Shown: in pieces, positions 37,021 to 51,477 of the stretch
Layout of the letters: each line of letters starts with the position of its first letter
Numbering within the stretch: position 1 is the first letter of the stretch
Source of the DNA: Eledone cirrhosa
Taxonomy: Eukaryota
DNA length: 64,000 bases
Direction of reading: 5' to 3'
NCBI GenBank assembly: GCA_964016885.1
Contig: OZ024746.1
Location: forward strand, 30,194,001-30,258,000
The notes under the pieces: generated by a model
Told to the model about the DNA's origin: nothing
The model's input: the letters and a program-made list of their open reading frames with translations, nothing else
The model's database searches: none
Position numbers and translations under genes: made by a program

Positions 37021-37373
37021 TTATTTAATACAATAACAGATATAGTTTAAAGCTAAACTCTGACTGGTAACCTTCTCAGTCTACGAACATTAGGTTATAT
37101 TAAAATATAAACCCAATTTAAGTGTTTGGGGTGCTAACAATATGTATAATGTGGAAAAACCAGTTGTATTATTTTATGAGATATAATTAAAGTTAAAGTA
37201 TATCTCTCTTTCCAAACAATTGTTTCATTATAAGTTTTCTACAAGTTGGGAGAATGTTTCCAGTTTATGTAGAAGCCTAATATACATTCATGTAAGAATA
37301 TATTTAGGTGGGCACTTATAAATCATCAGTGGAAGCCCGTTAAACATTGATATAAGAAAACAATTTCTTACCG

Positions 37374-37445
<72 letters not shown>

Positions 37446-37650
37446 TATTATATCAAACACAAAACATGGTTTCACATTGAGGTTTTTATTTACAAGGCTC
37501 AGTTACGATCGTTTCACAGACGGGTGGCTCCGGATCCATATGAATGTTGTAGACCCGACTCAAGCCCCAGTCTGCTCATGATTTGGGAAGAGATGCCCTC
37601 AGATAAGATTTTGGTTTTGCTTAAATCGACCCCAGTGCGTAGCTGGTAAC

Positions 37651-37905
37651 TTATTTTATCGACCTCGTAAGAATGAAAGGCAAAGCTTGCCTCGGCGGAA
37701 TTTGAACACAGAATGAAAAGGGCCGTGACTTTGTGCCGCAAAGTATTTTGTATGATGCTCTACTGATACTGCCAATCCACTGGCCTGAGGGGAGAGGAAA
37801 ATAATTATTTCTACTTTTGGCACAAGGCCAGAAATTATCCCAATCTATTACTGGTGCTTTATTTTTATCGACCCCGTAAGGATGAAAGGCAAAGTTAACC
37901 TCAGA
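37651..37905 (-). mobile_element. Two adjacent partial SINE copies
   Basis: TTTTATCGACC..GATGAAAGGCAAAG..CCTC motif occurs twice; TTTCTACTTTTGGCACAAGGCCAG tail. Confidence 0.75.
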
Positions 37906-38052
37906 CCATAAGAGGGCCGTAACTCTTTTCTCCAAGAGGAAAATAATGAGAGAGGAAAATAATGCTACGTAGGATGGCTTTCTAAATGTGACCTCTTCAG
38001 CTATGTATACTGAGCAATGCCAGATAACTTGCTATATAGCAATAGTGGGCAT

Positions 38053-38096
<44 letters not shown>

Positions 38097-38100
<4 letters not shown>

Positions 38101-38975
38101 TATATATAGATGCACTATTACTAGCCACAATAGCGTTAAACATTATATAGGGGCCACCTCCGGCCCGTTCAAAATTAGGTTTCGAACACATCTCCACTCT
38201 TTCACAAATAGAAAACTAAGGCACTCCACCTCGCTCGCGGACTACATCACATCACTAAAGGACTTAAACATTAGCTTCTCCACGCACTGGGAGATTGTCG
38301 ACAGGGCTGCACCGTACAACTTCAAGAGGAAATGCGATATTTGCCTCATGGAGCTCTACCACATCATAACTGCACCCCACGAGCTCATCAACAGCAGAGC
38401 TGAAACAGCGATAAGTTGTACACATCGCTTAAAACTATCCTTCTTTAGATGGGTTAAGAATGAAGAGTGAAATAGCACACTGGATCTCCCTGCAACAAGT
38501 CTTAACACCCCGGCGGGCAGGCGCAGCAAAATAACACCCAGAAAACAATCCCTGCATACCAAAAATTATCCGGGAAAGACTGCCCTAACACCGGCCAAAG
38601 TTACCTCCCTTGACCTGCTGCAAAATCAAAACAAGATATTTTTGCGAGCAATGAATCTTGATGTGGATTTAACCCCCAAAACTCTTTCCGAACTATATAA
38701 GGAACACTTGTGATTGTTTATGCCCTTGAGAAGCCCAACTGGGCGAAACGTACGTAGGTGATATTTTAAATAAACATGTTTTAACGGTCTATTCTCCGAT
38801 TTTTCACTTTCCCACGTGCTTACGCTCTGCTAACTCTCTAGCCCACTAAATATTAACACTTCGAATATTTAATACTGCCGGCACTAGTATCGAGCACCTT
38901 TGGCATACGCTACTTGGCAAATTACTATATGTATCACCTATCCCTCCTTTTTTTCTCTCTTTCTCGATACGTAAA

Positions 38976-38978
<3 letters not shown>
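38097..38978 (+). mobile_element. PLE 3' fragment (GIY-YIG plus pLTR) inserted in (TA)n
   Basis: RVIYRC, HYIGATSGPFKIRF, CDICLME, ELINSR, stop at 38470. Close relative of 34600-34940. Confidence 0.9.
38724..38758 (+). ncRNA. Variant hammerhead (U3-A8 core)
   Basis: cc TTGAGAA gccc aact gggc GAAA c gtac g TA gg. Confidence 0.65.
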
Positions 38979-39026
<48 letters not shown>

Positions 39027-39801
39027 CTATTGCTATATAGCAAATTATCCCGCATTGCTCAGTGAAGTCTTTAGAATATCATTGCTTAAGAGTCTGTTTT
39101 AACATCATAACGTCGTCTTGAATGATAAATTCTTGACTAGTTTAACACACCGCAAATATAAAATGCTAATGCAACTGACAGTTATGTAACGATTCTGCCT
39201 AATAAACTAACACGTTCTGATAGCAGACATTTTCAAATATGTCTACATGTAAACGACCAGCTAGAAGAGAATCTAGATTAAACATGAAAATGACAACTTT
39301 AATTTCCTTAACGCATCTTGAGATATTGTCACCAACTAGAAATGTTAATATTTTACAATGAATTGAATCTTCTGATATATTTACTGATGACACCAACATT
39401 CTAACTGTAATACATGTTTAATGCTATATTCTCTGATAGTGCACAATAAAATGAAGTTGTAGATATATTTAGAGATGACATCAACTTATCGCCGTCATCG
39501 TCTTCTACTGACACAGACAATTTAGGGAACCGTATTATTTTACAGGAATATCAGAGTCAGTTTGAGTGCACTTCTATGAATCTGTGCTTAAGATCTTGCA
39601 TGAGATCAGGTTCACAAGGCTGGCTTATAATTGCACAATTCACAGAACATAAATCCTTTTAAAATTCTACCGTCTTCCATAAGGTCATATAATTGGTCAA
39701 ATACAAAGGAAACTAAATGGAAATTATGTAACCCCTTTGTCCGATATTTGCCATATATTCCTAAAGCTTAACATTTTTAAAAGTCAAACGCATGCATAAC
39801 T

Positions 39802-40090
39802 AGCACTCCGTCGGTTACGAGGACGAGTGTTCCAGTTGATACGTTCAGCTGAACAGCATGTCCGTGAAATTAACGTATAATTGACTGAGCATTCCACAGA
39901 CACCCATACCCTTAATGCAGTTCTCAAGGAGATTGAGCAGACACAGAATGTGACACGTTTGAATTACAGGTACAACTTATTCTTGTTTTGTGAGTGGACT
40001 GGAATATCGTAAAAAAGTGTCTTGCTCAAGGACATAATTCACCGTCCGGAATCGTCGCGACCTTACGATTGTAAAGCCTTGCACCTTCAC
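39802..40090 (-). mobile_element. Older CORE-type SINE
   Basis: AAGTGTCTTGCTCAAGGAC core motif with a CCGGAATCG B-box remnant. Decayed relatives at ~6520-6780, 40120-40420 and 51760-52030. Confidence 0.55.
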
Positions 40091-40433
40091 AGCACCCACA
40101 TAATCGCTCAATAAATATTGTAGAGCAGAATACGCATTGTCTAATGGTTAGTTATTGGATCTACCACTGAAAAGGTGTGGTTTCGATTCAAGGGTTGGAA
40201 CGCAGTGTTTATTTTTATTTTTATTTTTTTAACAAAACACTTCAATTCATGTTGTTCCAATCATCTCAACTGAAAATTACTACCCCCAGTAATTAGGGGT
40301 TAAACTTGTATTGAACTGGCGTCATGATCTGGGACGAGGTGGGTTCTTGTACTCTCAGTTGTTAACGTCATTGAAACCACGATAAAAAAACAGCTTGATG
40401 TGACACCGAGCTTGGGACAGAATTTAACTTTCA

Positions 40434-40485
40434 CAGTAATGTACTGGGTAATTGCTGGCCTTGTGCCAATAGTAGAAACAATTAA
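40434..40485 (+). mobile_element. SINE 3' fragment
   Basis: CAGTAATGTACTGGGTAATTGCTGGCCTTGTGCCAATAGTAGAAACAATT. Confidence 0.8.
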
Positions 40486-40525
40486 TTATATATAGAGAGG
40501 TATTAAAACATCAAGAGAGAGAGGG

Positions 40526-40575
<50 letters not shown>

Positions 40576-40724
40576 ATAATAATAATAAAGGTGAAGACTA
40601 AAATCCAAAGAGGGCTCGATAAGGATAAATATATATCAGATATATAAGAATCCTAGAGCAAATATTTACTAAGATAACAGATTAAAGTTTCAGAAGATCC
40701 CGTTTGCTTACATCTGTTATTTTA

Positions 40725-40801
<77 letters not shown>

Positions 40802-41128
40802 TAGGGGGGGGTAGAGAGATAGAGAGAGGAAGTGGTTGTAAATATTGTTGTTGTATATCACTGAAATATCAGTGACGTACACATGATCAAATTAGAATCA
40901 AATCCTGTATGTGTGACCGCCCTGGCTTTTATTTAGAAAGTAGACCACCCGTGACCCGTTGGGTCACGTTCACTTCAAAATATTCTTTTAAAAATCATGT
41001 TCACTTAAAAATCATTTTTAAATGATTAAAATATACACAGACATGTATATAAAGTGAAATGAAACTGGAAGGCTTATATCTATATATATATACGTGTGTG
41101 TATGTATATATATAAATGTGTGTGCTTG

Positions 41129-41159
<31 letters not shown>

Positions 41160-41723
41160 ATATATGTGGGTGTCTGTGAACTATATACACTGGTCATAGA
41201 CACACACACATATATACTCAACAACACCACCAGCACTATCTCTTCCATTCTCCTTCTCTGTCTCCTCTCCCTCTCTCTATGTCTCTCTTTCAATCTACTC
41301 TCTCACAATCACTATCTCTTTCTCTCTATCCTTTTCTCTCTCTGTTTATGAAGGTACCCAGAAAATCCCATATCTCGGGAACCCGTGCTTCGATTTACGT
41401 AAAACTTGTTTTATTCCATTTGTATTCAGGGGCAACTTCCTTTGAAAGTATTTTCCCATTATACGCCCTTTTGGTTGTATTACATTACAGACAAGCAAGC
41501 AATCACGGAATTTTAGTAATATATAGATAGATAGTGTATGTAAGACGTCTAATGCGAGGTTTTTCAATGTACGGTAAATTTGTGTTCTAAACAGGCACGC
41601 ACACGCACACACACATACACACACACACACAGATACGCACACACACACATCGTACTACAGCTAAGGAATGATCATTCAAGGGATTTGAAAAGATATATAT
41701 AGCTATATATATATATGTATGTG

Positions 41724-41788
<65 letters not shown>

Positions 41789-41947
41789 CGTATGTGTGTG
41801 TGTGTGACGTATGTGGGGCTGAAGAACGGAAGATGATCTCCTTTGAAATATATGAATACTACTTCAGAACACAGTTTTCATGTACAAAATTCATGTACAA
41901 ATGTATAGATATGTTAGATGAAAGAATAAGTGGAATCTTATGCTTTT

Positions 41948-42101
<154 letters not shown>

Positions 42102-43329
42102 CAATGCAAATGCCATTATATTGCAAGCGGGGAGAAGGATGCAATTCAATTAGAAGCCAATTTAACCTTATATATCTTTTGATATGGCTCTGATATATCG
42201 CTTCTTCGTGTGATTCTAGAAACACTTCAAAACGTTGTCCGTCATCCAGTTCTCCTTTTAACATTTGTAATGATGTACAGAGTAACGTAAGTAGGGAATT
42301 GGCCAAATCTTTAGAACCGTGGACAAAATATACTTTAGTATTTCTTCCTGCTCTCTACTCCGAGTTCAACACCCATGGAGGTCACCTTTACATCCCATTC
42401 TTTCAATGTTGTTAATATAACATTCCAGTAATTGACTCGAGTTTTCTCCCTCGTATTCCCGTGCTCTTACTTTCGCATGCACTGCTCATTATCTCTCTTT
42501 CTCTCCATTATCAGCAGTGACCTGTACATTGAGGTGTCCGTCGAAATTAAATTAAAAATGGCCAAACACACGTTATGTCACACCGATTGATGGATACAAC
42601 AGCGTAAATTGATGGACTCGACTATGAAAAGAATCGCTTTTGATTGCATCCTGTAAATCATGTCAAATTACTTTATTTCTAAACTTACATTTATCCCTTT
42701 TCTCATTTGTCTCGAATCAGTTTTAGAAATTAGTACGTTATATCCTGTATGAGTTTTACGAATCAGTACACTGTAAGCCGTATCTTAGATGTGTTCTAGA
42801 TTTTTTATTTGCACAAAATATGAACGGAAAATATTATCCCCAGTCATTGTTACGAGATAAAAATTTGACGTATATGTGGCTGTATTGTTTGATTGGACAT
42901 AAACTGATTGTATCTCGGTTGCTGAATTACTTTATGATATGAGATAAGAGGATAACAGATGAGTAGTGAGGGACTGTGAGAGACGGTAACAGAGTAGAAG
43001 GGGGGTCGTGAAATAAGGGTACATGTAACCTGGTTAAACTTTGAAATTGACATCAAACCCTATTTAATATTGGTGTGTATACACATAAAAGCAATCAGCA
43101 GTCAACTATGTATGTTCTTCTGGTTTTATAATTTCACAAATTTTTGCCAATAGAGAAAGAGTCGGTTTCTAACATAGTTACAAGACTCTCTCATTGGAAT
43201 TTACAAATAAACTAGGTAGATATGTATGTATGCATGTGTAGATATGGATGTTATTTTATGTGAGGATGTGTAGGTTTTGAGTTGTATGTGTGCATGTGTA
43301 TATGCTTAGTATCTGTACATGCAGTTATT

Positions 43330-43870
43330 ATTTTTGGAATGTTTTATATATTTTTACTGTTCCATTAATGGATTGTATTTGTAATTTCCTAACTAGTTGT
43401 GTTCTTTCTCTTCCTGTGAAGCCCATCTTCTCAATATTTGTATTGAGGCAGTTACTAACATATCACAGTGCCCCAATAATCACAGGTATAAATCTGAAGA
43501 CATAATTAGTGTGGAGTATCTGCAGATTTTTCATCAGTTCTGCATAAATATTCTCCTTTTCGCTAATCTTTGATATTATATTGGCATCTGCTGGACAGCT
43601 AACTCCCACTACTGTGCATGCCTTCTTTTCCCTGTCCCATATCATAATATCTGGTCTGTTATGCCTGCATTTTATTGGGGATTTCACTGGAACGTTTCAC
43701 CAGTACTCTTTCATATTATGTATACTTTTTTGTAAAAACCTAGGAAACGTTGTTTCCTCTGTCCACTCTGACGATTAGTACTTTTATTTATCGTATGTCG
43801 CAATATCTGCTCTTTAATGAGCACATCGTATTAGACGTAGTGGTTTAGATATGGAGATAATAATGTGTAC
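43330..43870 (-). mobile_element. R4/Dong-like non-LTR retrotransposon 3' remnant (restriction-like endonuclease)
   Basis: HNRPDIMIWD, VSCPAD.NI..K.SEK...Y, FIPVIIGAL match the PD..D RLE domain. Confidence 0.7.
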
Positions 43871-45007
43871 TGATACTGTGTACTGTACGTTGTTTCTAAT
43901 TATAACATGTTCAAAGAATGTATAGTCAAGATGTAAGATACTTTATGTTGCTGTCAACTATAATATGTTTAAAATGTTATAGGCAAATTGTAGGATAGTT
44001 TAACAATCAGAAATGTCACGTTCCTAGCTTAAACGTTTTTTTTTTTATTTATTTATTTTTCGATTTATATTTTTCTAACATATCTTTTACATACATCTGA
44101 ATTATACGTCATATCTTGAATCCGGTTAAGTATGATAAAATAGATTAAAATATACAAATCAAATATAATCCATTTTAAAAAATCTTTAAAATGTGTTAAA
44201 TGTAGTTTTTAGTGCTTGAAATTGAAAAAGAAAACTTAAATTAATGAAGTGGATTTTTAAAATAAAACAGATTAGAAAAACATAAATAAAGCAAAGATAA
44301 ATTGAAGAACCACAAAAGAAGATTACATTTCGAAGTAGAATTGAAGTAAATAATAATACTAATAACACATAATAATTTAGGTACAAGGCCAGCAATTTAA
44401 GACTCATGTTGATTCTGCTTTGAATAAACATTTTTCCTACTGGTATGACCAGTAGAAACTTTTGTCAGATATTTGTCATATATTTCTAAAGCTTAACAAC
44501 TTTTAAAGTCAAACAAATACATAATATATTATTTTATTTCGTGAGGACATTGTAATAAATAACAGATAAATAGAGTTTAATAGAGCACCCCTATAAACAT
44601 TCTGAGTCACAAGCCTAAACAAAGTGATTTGTGGAAGATCAGCTCTCGCCCATACATACCAGTCAGCTGTCATCCCGCCACCAATATTGTTGCAATTCAT
44701 ATATACATTCTATATACACACCACTATACACACTATATGCAATGTATATGATATTGTCTAAGGGAAAGACAACAAAAGATATTACAGCTTGGCACCAGTG
44801 TTGATGCAACATAATTGTCCTTCCTTGAATAGACTGCTACAGTGAGAACAATAGTGCAATGCTGACTACACATCGCCCGGTCCTGGTGGGATCGAACTAT
44901 CGACCAGACGATCGTGATCCTAAAATTATAATCACTAATCCACGCGCATTTATTATATATATATATATATAATAAATGCGTGTGTGTGTGTGTAACATAT
45001 ACATTTA

Positions 45008-45072
<65 letters not shown>

Positions 45073-45101
45073 CTATATATATATATACATTTATCTATCT
45101 A

Positions 45102-45160
<59 letters not shown>

Positions 45161-45325
45161 CTGTCCTCTGTTTTAGGTTAAATGTAATGTAGGTGACACA
45201 AGAATCAAAACTAAATTCCAATTATCCGTCAAAGATATTATATAGTTTGTCTGATAAGTTCAGACTTTAAGACAAAGGAAACAGAGTCTCTATATATATA
45301 TATATAAATATAAACCCCAATATAA

Positions 45326-45412
<87 letters not shown>

Positions 45413-46068
45413 TATATATATTTATATATTCTTCAAATTACCATAATAAGGTTGGCTTCAGGCCATAAAATACTTTTCTTTGGACTAAATAGTATCTGAG
45501 AAATGAAAACTGTCTGATGTGAAACATAGCAAGAGTGTCTCAATAGAAAAAACATCAAGAATGACGAGTAAGAACGGATGTCTTTGGAGTTAATTATTTA
45601 TATTGCGTTGAGACTGTGCCAATTCTATCACCATGAAATTAAAATATAAGATGTTTTTATTGTTTTCTTGTTGTTGTGATTGTTAGTTGTTATTGATGAT
45701 ATTTTGTTGTTGGTGGTGATGTTTGTAGTTGTTGTTATTTGTTGTTGTTGCTGTTGTTGTTGTTGGTGGCGATGATAATTATTTGCGTCTGGTCATCTCT
45801 GATTTAGCAGAACCCAGAAGTATATCCAATGGCCGTGCCACTATAAAAGTCCCAGCTATCTTTTGGTCCTTGTATCTAATAATAATTAGCTAATGTAGCG
45901 CCTCTCCTTTTCAAGTGAGTAGGAATTGAAGACATGGCGAATATATTCTAGCTATTTCTAGTATGGCAAGCGATGACATAGAGATCTTGATGTTGTTGTT
46001 GTTGTTTTTGTTGTTGTTAATTAGGGGCTAATTAGCTCTGACAGCAAAGCTATGGATACTATGTCTCG

Positions 46069-46185
46069 CCGCCGAGGTTGACTTTACCTTTTATCCTTAC
46101 GGGGTCGATAGAATAAAGTACCAGTAATGCACTGGGTAATTGCTGGCCTTGTGCCTAAAGTAGAAACAATTATATATATCTATAT
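46069..46185 (+). mobile_element. 5'-truncated SINE with 22-bp TSD
   Basis: TSD AAGCTATGGATACTATGTCTCG at 46047-46068 and 46186-46207. Confidence 0.9.
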
Positions 46186-47180
46186 AAGCTATGGATACTA
46201 TGTCTCGACCATTATATATCTAAAAAATAGGAGGGATAATTGGAGGAAGATGTGGCTGCTATTGTTAGCAGACTTACTGCATTAGAAGGAAAACGTCCCA
46301 ATACTTAAATACACATTCATGTCTGCTAGAAATAGCAACCAAACCACACTCCTTCATCTTGAAAGCAAAACTGTCATTGGATAATGTTGATATTATCTGA
46401 ATGTAATGTCTGAATAAACGATGAAAGGGCCATGACTAGAAAATCTTGATCATAGATAATTCTGTTTAACCACGGTTGACATATGACTAAATAACAGCAA
46501 CACCACCAACAACAATAACATCAACTTCAGCAACAACAGTATCAGCAAAATCAACAAAAGTATCAGCAAAATCAACAACAGTAAGAACAATAATTCAAGG
46601 CAGTTAAGGTATTTGAAGTATTGAGCTTGTAGTAGAGGTTGAATTTATACCAGAAACGAAGTAAAAGATCAATAGTTACAAATTTACAATCTAACATATT
46701 CTTAGAGGTTTGCATTGGCAAATATCAGATGAATGGAAGGAGAAATCTAAATATTGTTAATGTGCCGAGAGAATAAGAGACTTTCTTCGCTCAAAGCTCT
46801 TTAAAATCTCTAGAAATGTGTTCACATAAGAACTCTTTATGTATGAGGTGTAATTATTGATGTTACTCTAATGTTACACATATAAAAAAAATTACATGAC
46901 TATCTCAAATTCATTTCTTTCTTTAATGTATTTCTGACCTTAATCTGAAATTCTAAATGATATTTGCCATTTAATTCACAAAATGAAACTACTTTGGAAA
47001 ACTTGAAAGGATTTATTATTTGGTTATTTTGGGGCGTTGCTGTGTAGGAATGCAGTAAATTTGATGTTTAAATGAATAATTTTAGAAGTTTACACCCAGG
47101 GCAGAATACTAAATACAAATTGTTCATTCAATTAGATTCAAAGCCAGATTAGTTAAATAGAACTTTTATATATATATACT

Positions 47181-47268
<88 letters not shown>

Positions 47269-47916
47269 CATATACAAATGTTTCTATCTTAGTAATTTCT
47301 TGTACTCTTGTCCAACTTCAGTCAGATATAAAACTAAAATTTAATAGTGGAATTGAGATCAAAAGCTTGAGGTCACATGCACTTTAAATCTCTGGTGTTT
47401 TACATGAAACAATAGTTTATTGAATAGCGCATGCCAAAATATTTGCAAGAGAATTGTTCATATAGTTGAACTGAGTTCAATAAATACAAAACCAGGATAT
47501 AAAGTCGCTGAAGAAGTTGCCATATTTTATTTAACCCTATTTTTACCGTATTTCTCAGGAGATTTCTTCTAATGCCTATCAATTAATTTAGAAAATGTGA
47601 AGAATTTGATGAAATAACTAACCTTCTTATTATGAATCTCATGTTTGAAAGCTTATTTCACCAAATTTCTTAAATAAAATTTTGATGGAAGTTTACGTAT
47701 GGGCACTTTAAAATGAACGGTTATGTATCATAAAAGCAGAAATTTGGTCTCAAACTAGCATAACAATGTAATTTATTTAAAACAGTGGACATTTATTTTA
47801 ATAAGGATCTAAGAATATACCCACTGAAGGCACTTAAATTCTGGTTAAAACGATTTTCCTAACTAAAAGTGTGACATTTTCATGTGATTATATTTTTATT
47901 TGTCGTAGACACATGC

Positions 47917-48105
47917 TAGAAGAATCGGCTGAAAAGTTCATAGCCTGACCAAGATCCTCTCCAATGCGGTTTATTTTTCAACATAGTCATTGGAAAAACA
48001 GTACTGTTATTATTAAGAAGCGGTGAAATGTATGCATCCATAATATCATGGCACCAGCATTATTCCTTCATAGTCAGCCCATGAAATTTTCAGCCCAACC
48101 TCGTA
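47917..48105. mobile_element. Tc1/mariner-type MITE
   Basis: Imperfect TIRs GGCTGAAAAGTTCATAGCCTGAC and GTCAGCCCATGAAATTTTCAGCC..CTCGTA with TA ends. Confidence 0.5.
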
Positions 48106-48489
48106 TATACGTTGTCTATCGCACTGATGTGGAACTGTAACGCATTTTGTGAAAATCTCGGTTGGGGCTATGAAGGCCAGGAATACTCTTCCTTCTTCCA
48201 TATCCCCCTAATAAAAACAAATAATCAACACATCATTCCCAGAAAGGCAAAGATGATCCTTTAAGCGAAAATTACAACCGGCTTTTTGACACCACCACTT
48301 GGCCCATAGCGGCCGTTGGCATATGCCATTAGCAGATGTCATCTTGTTTCAAGTATTTAGATAAAGATATGTCCCCATTTAGCAGACGTATAACCAAAGT
48401 ATTTCCAGCCGTGTCGATCTCAATTTGTTTCAGTAATAGAGCTTGGGGAGGGGTAGACGTCAGCTGCCACCTAGTTTAGCACGGTTATT

Positions 48490-48670
48490 TGTGGATTGGT
48501 AGTATCGGTTAGGGTCGGACGCCATGCTTTCCAGCATATTTACGTCCCTTTAAGATCTGAGTTCAAATCCCGCCGATGTTGACTTTCATCCTTACGGGGT
48601 CGATAAAATAAAGTACCAGTAATGCACTGGGTAATTGGTGGCCTTGTGCCTACAGTAGAAACAGTTATTT
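48490..48670 (+). mobile_element. tRNA-derived SINE
   Basis: GTGGATTGGTAGTATCGG, GAGTTCAAATCC, 3' end GTAGAAACAGTTA. Confidence 0.85.
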
Positions 48671-48751
48671 GTATCTTGGGCACATTTAGTGGGATCCAAT
48701 CTGTTGCAAGCATTGAGCCCAATCACTTATTTACCAACATAGCTTTGTATG

Positions 48752-48821
<70 letters not shown>

Positions 48822-48947
48822 TCCGTAAAGGCTGCTTACCAAACATTTCCGTGTATTTTACCCGATCGTTTAAACCGATTATTTTTAGCGATCGACTGCT
48901 GTTATAATTCTTTTCTGCGTTTAGATTCACATTTTCAATTTTGACAC

Positions 48948-49029
<82 letters not shown>

Positions 49030-49279
49030 TAGATATAGATATAGATATACACAGTGATATTAAATAAATGGAAACTATATTTATAAAACCATATTTATTC
49101 TATTATATATATTTCAAGGGTGCCAAAACTTTGGTACGCTTTCGTGCGATAAAATACGAAGTGTATTATATAAATTTTGACATATCCAAGGAAAATACCT
49201 TAAAAACTTGTCGAGTGCTCTGAATCAGTTATAAACATTTATATTTGTTGAATTACCAACAAATTGAATATCCCTTCTG

Positions 49280-49346
<67 letters not shown>

Positions 49347-49351
49347 TTATT

Positions 49352-49451
49352 TATTTATGTGATGTTAAGAAGTTAAAGCTTCATAGAGATAAGCTCCCTT
49401 GACGTTGCAACTACGAGAAATGAACACACACTTTAATGCTTATATATATAT

Positions 49452-49530
<79 letters not shown>

Positions 49531-49620
49531 TTTAATGTGATATTAAGAACTTAAAGCTTCATAGAGTTAAGCTCCCTTGACTTTGCACCTACGAGAAATG
49601 AACACCCACTTTAATGCTTA
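49352..49620. repeat. ~85-bp direct duplication separated by (TA)n/poly-T
   Basis: ATGTGATRTTAAGAA...CACTTTAATGCTTA occurs at ~49357 and ~49535. Confidence 0.85.
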
Positions 49621-50139
49621 TATATATATATATATTATGTATGCGTGTATGTATGTGTGCGTGTGTATGTGTATATGTATATATGTATGTATGTACCAAT
49701 TTACATAAATTTCAAAAGGTAAGGAAATAAAAGCAATAATGTTCAAACAGATTTATCCATGATTAATTTTAATGTTCGCTATCCAACGTAATACAAGTGT
49801 ACAATTTTTATAGGGTCTCTAACCGTTCGAGAATGAATCATTTTAAAAAGACATTTACAGTCGAAAAGACAGTTATAAAATAAAGTTCCAGATAAATAAA
49901 AAATAATATGCAAAACGTAGGCTCAGCCATGGCTGTGTTGTTAAATAGTGCAATTCGTGACCATATTATGGTTCTGGGTTCAATTCCGCTAAATGGCACA
50001 GTGAAGAGCTATCTTCTACGGTATCTTCTTGGTAAGATTTGCCATGTGAGTGGAATTTTGTAAACACAGTCTGCAAACGTTCGTATATACATATATATAA
50101 TGTGTATATATATATATTTTTTTTTTTTAGACGATCGAC

Positions 50140-50343
50140 TTTCGTCAAATCGGACCGAGGGAACAATGTTTCCGTTGGTCTTTCCAATTGCTAATACTAT
50201 CTATCGGTCGCAACTCCAGGTAGAAGGAGCAACGTGAAATAAAGTGTCTTGCTCAAGGAAATAACGCATCACCTGGTCCAGGAATCGAACTCACAACCTT
50301 ACGATTGCGAATCCAATTCTCTAACCACTCAGCCACACGCCTT

Positions 50344-50345
<2 letters not shown>
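50140..50345 (-). mobile_element. CORE-type SINE
   Basis: Minus strand GGCGTGTGGCTGAGTGGTTAG (A box), GAGTTCGATTCC (B box), CCTTGAGCAAGACACTTT. Confidence 0.7.
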
Positions 50346-50430
<85 letters not shown>

Positions 50431-50431
<1 letters not shown>

Positions 50432-50644
50432 ATGAAGGAAATGTGGTAAGGAAACAGCTGGACCATGAAGCACCAAAGTACTCAATACTTAGGGTAATAG
50501 AGTGGGTAATAGAAACGAGTAGCACCCCGACGGCTGAGCTCAAGCCGTTTCGACGGCTAATTTTGGACTAAATATGACTAAATGATTTAGTCCAGAATTA
50601 GCCGTCGAAACGGCTTGAGCTCATCCTTCGGGGTCCTACTCGTT

Positions 50645-50649
<5 letters not shown>
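50431..50649 (-). mobile_element. Short fold-back insert carrying the 3' half of a hammerhead
   Basis: Arms 50509-50573 and 50585-50649. Minus strand reads GAAA cggct tgagctc agccg TC gggg. (TA)n on both sides. Confidence 0.7.
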
Positions 50650-50707
<58 letters not shown>

Positions 50708-50804
50708 GTATATATATATATATATAATAAAATGTTACAGTATCGTGTAAGAGCTCCTTATAAATATATGTTAACGGTCTGCTTCTCTTTATTCAATTTT
50801 TTCG

Positions 50805-50884
<80 letters not shown>

Positions 50885-50892
50885 AGTATATG

Positions 50893-50945
<53 letters not shown>

Positions 50946-51371
50946 ATATACACGTATATATATATGAGATAGATAGATGCATCCGAGTTTACGTTTGCGA
51001 TTTATGTGTCTATACATGTATATATGTCGACTCTCGTAGCGAATTGACAAAACAGAATTGATAATATATGACTGAGGTAGATATGATCTACTAATCAAGC
51101 CAGTGCTCAAACGTAGCCACAGTCTGATGCCTGAAATCAGTTAAAGCATAAAATAATATAAAACAAAATTTCTCCTACACATCAATGTATATAAATAGCT
51201 TCTGGTCTCCACTAATTTACTGAGAATTTCGTATTTTCTTGCATGCTTACATGCCTACATATTAGATATGTGTGTATATTAGTGTCACACTCTGTATTTA
51301 TACAGATATACAGATATATCTTTATCATACACTTCAGCTGTGCTAACGCACTTCCTAATATATATATATAT

Positions 51372-51417
<46 letters not shown>

Positions 51418-51421
51418 TTAT

Positions 51422-51477
<56 letters not shown>

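Noticed and set aside
41815-41865. CTGAAGA..GAAATATATG possible HHR (similar case at ~20619-20750)
   Set aside because: No convincing stem I or NUH.
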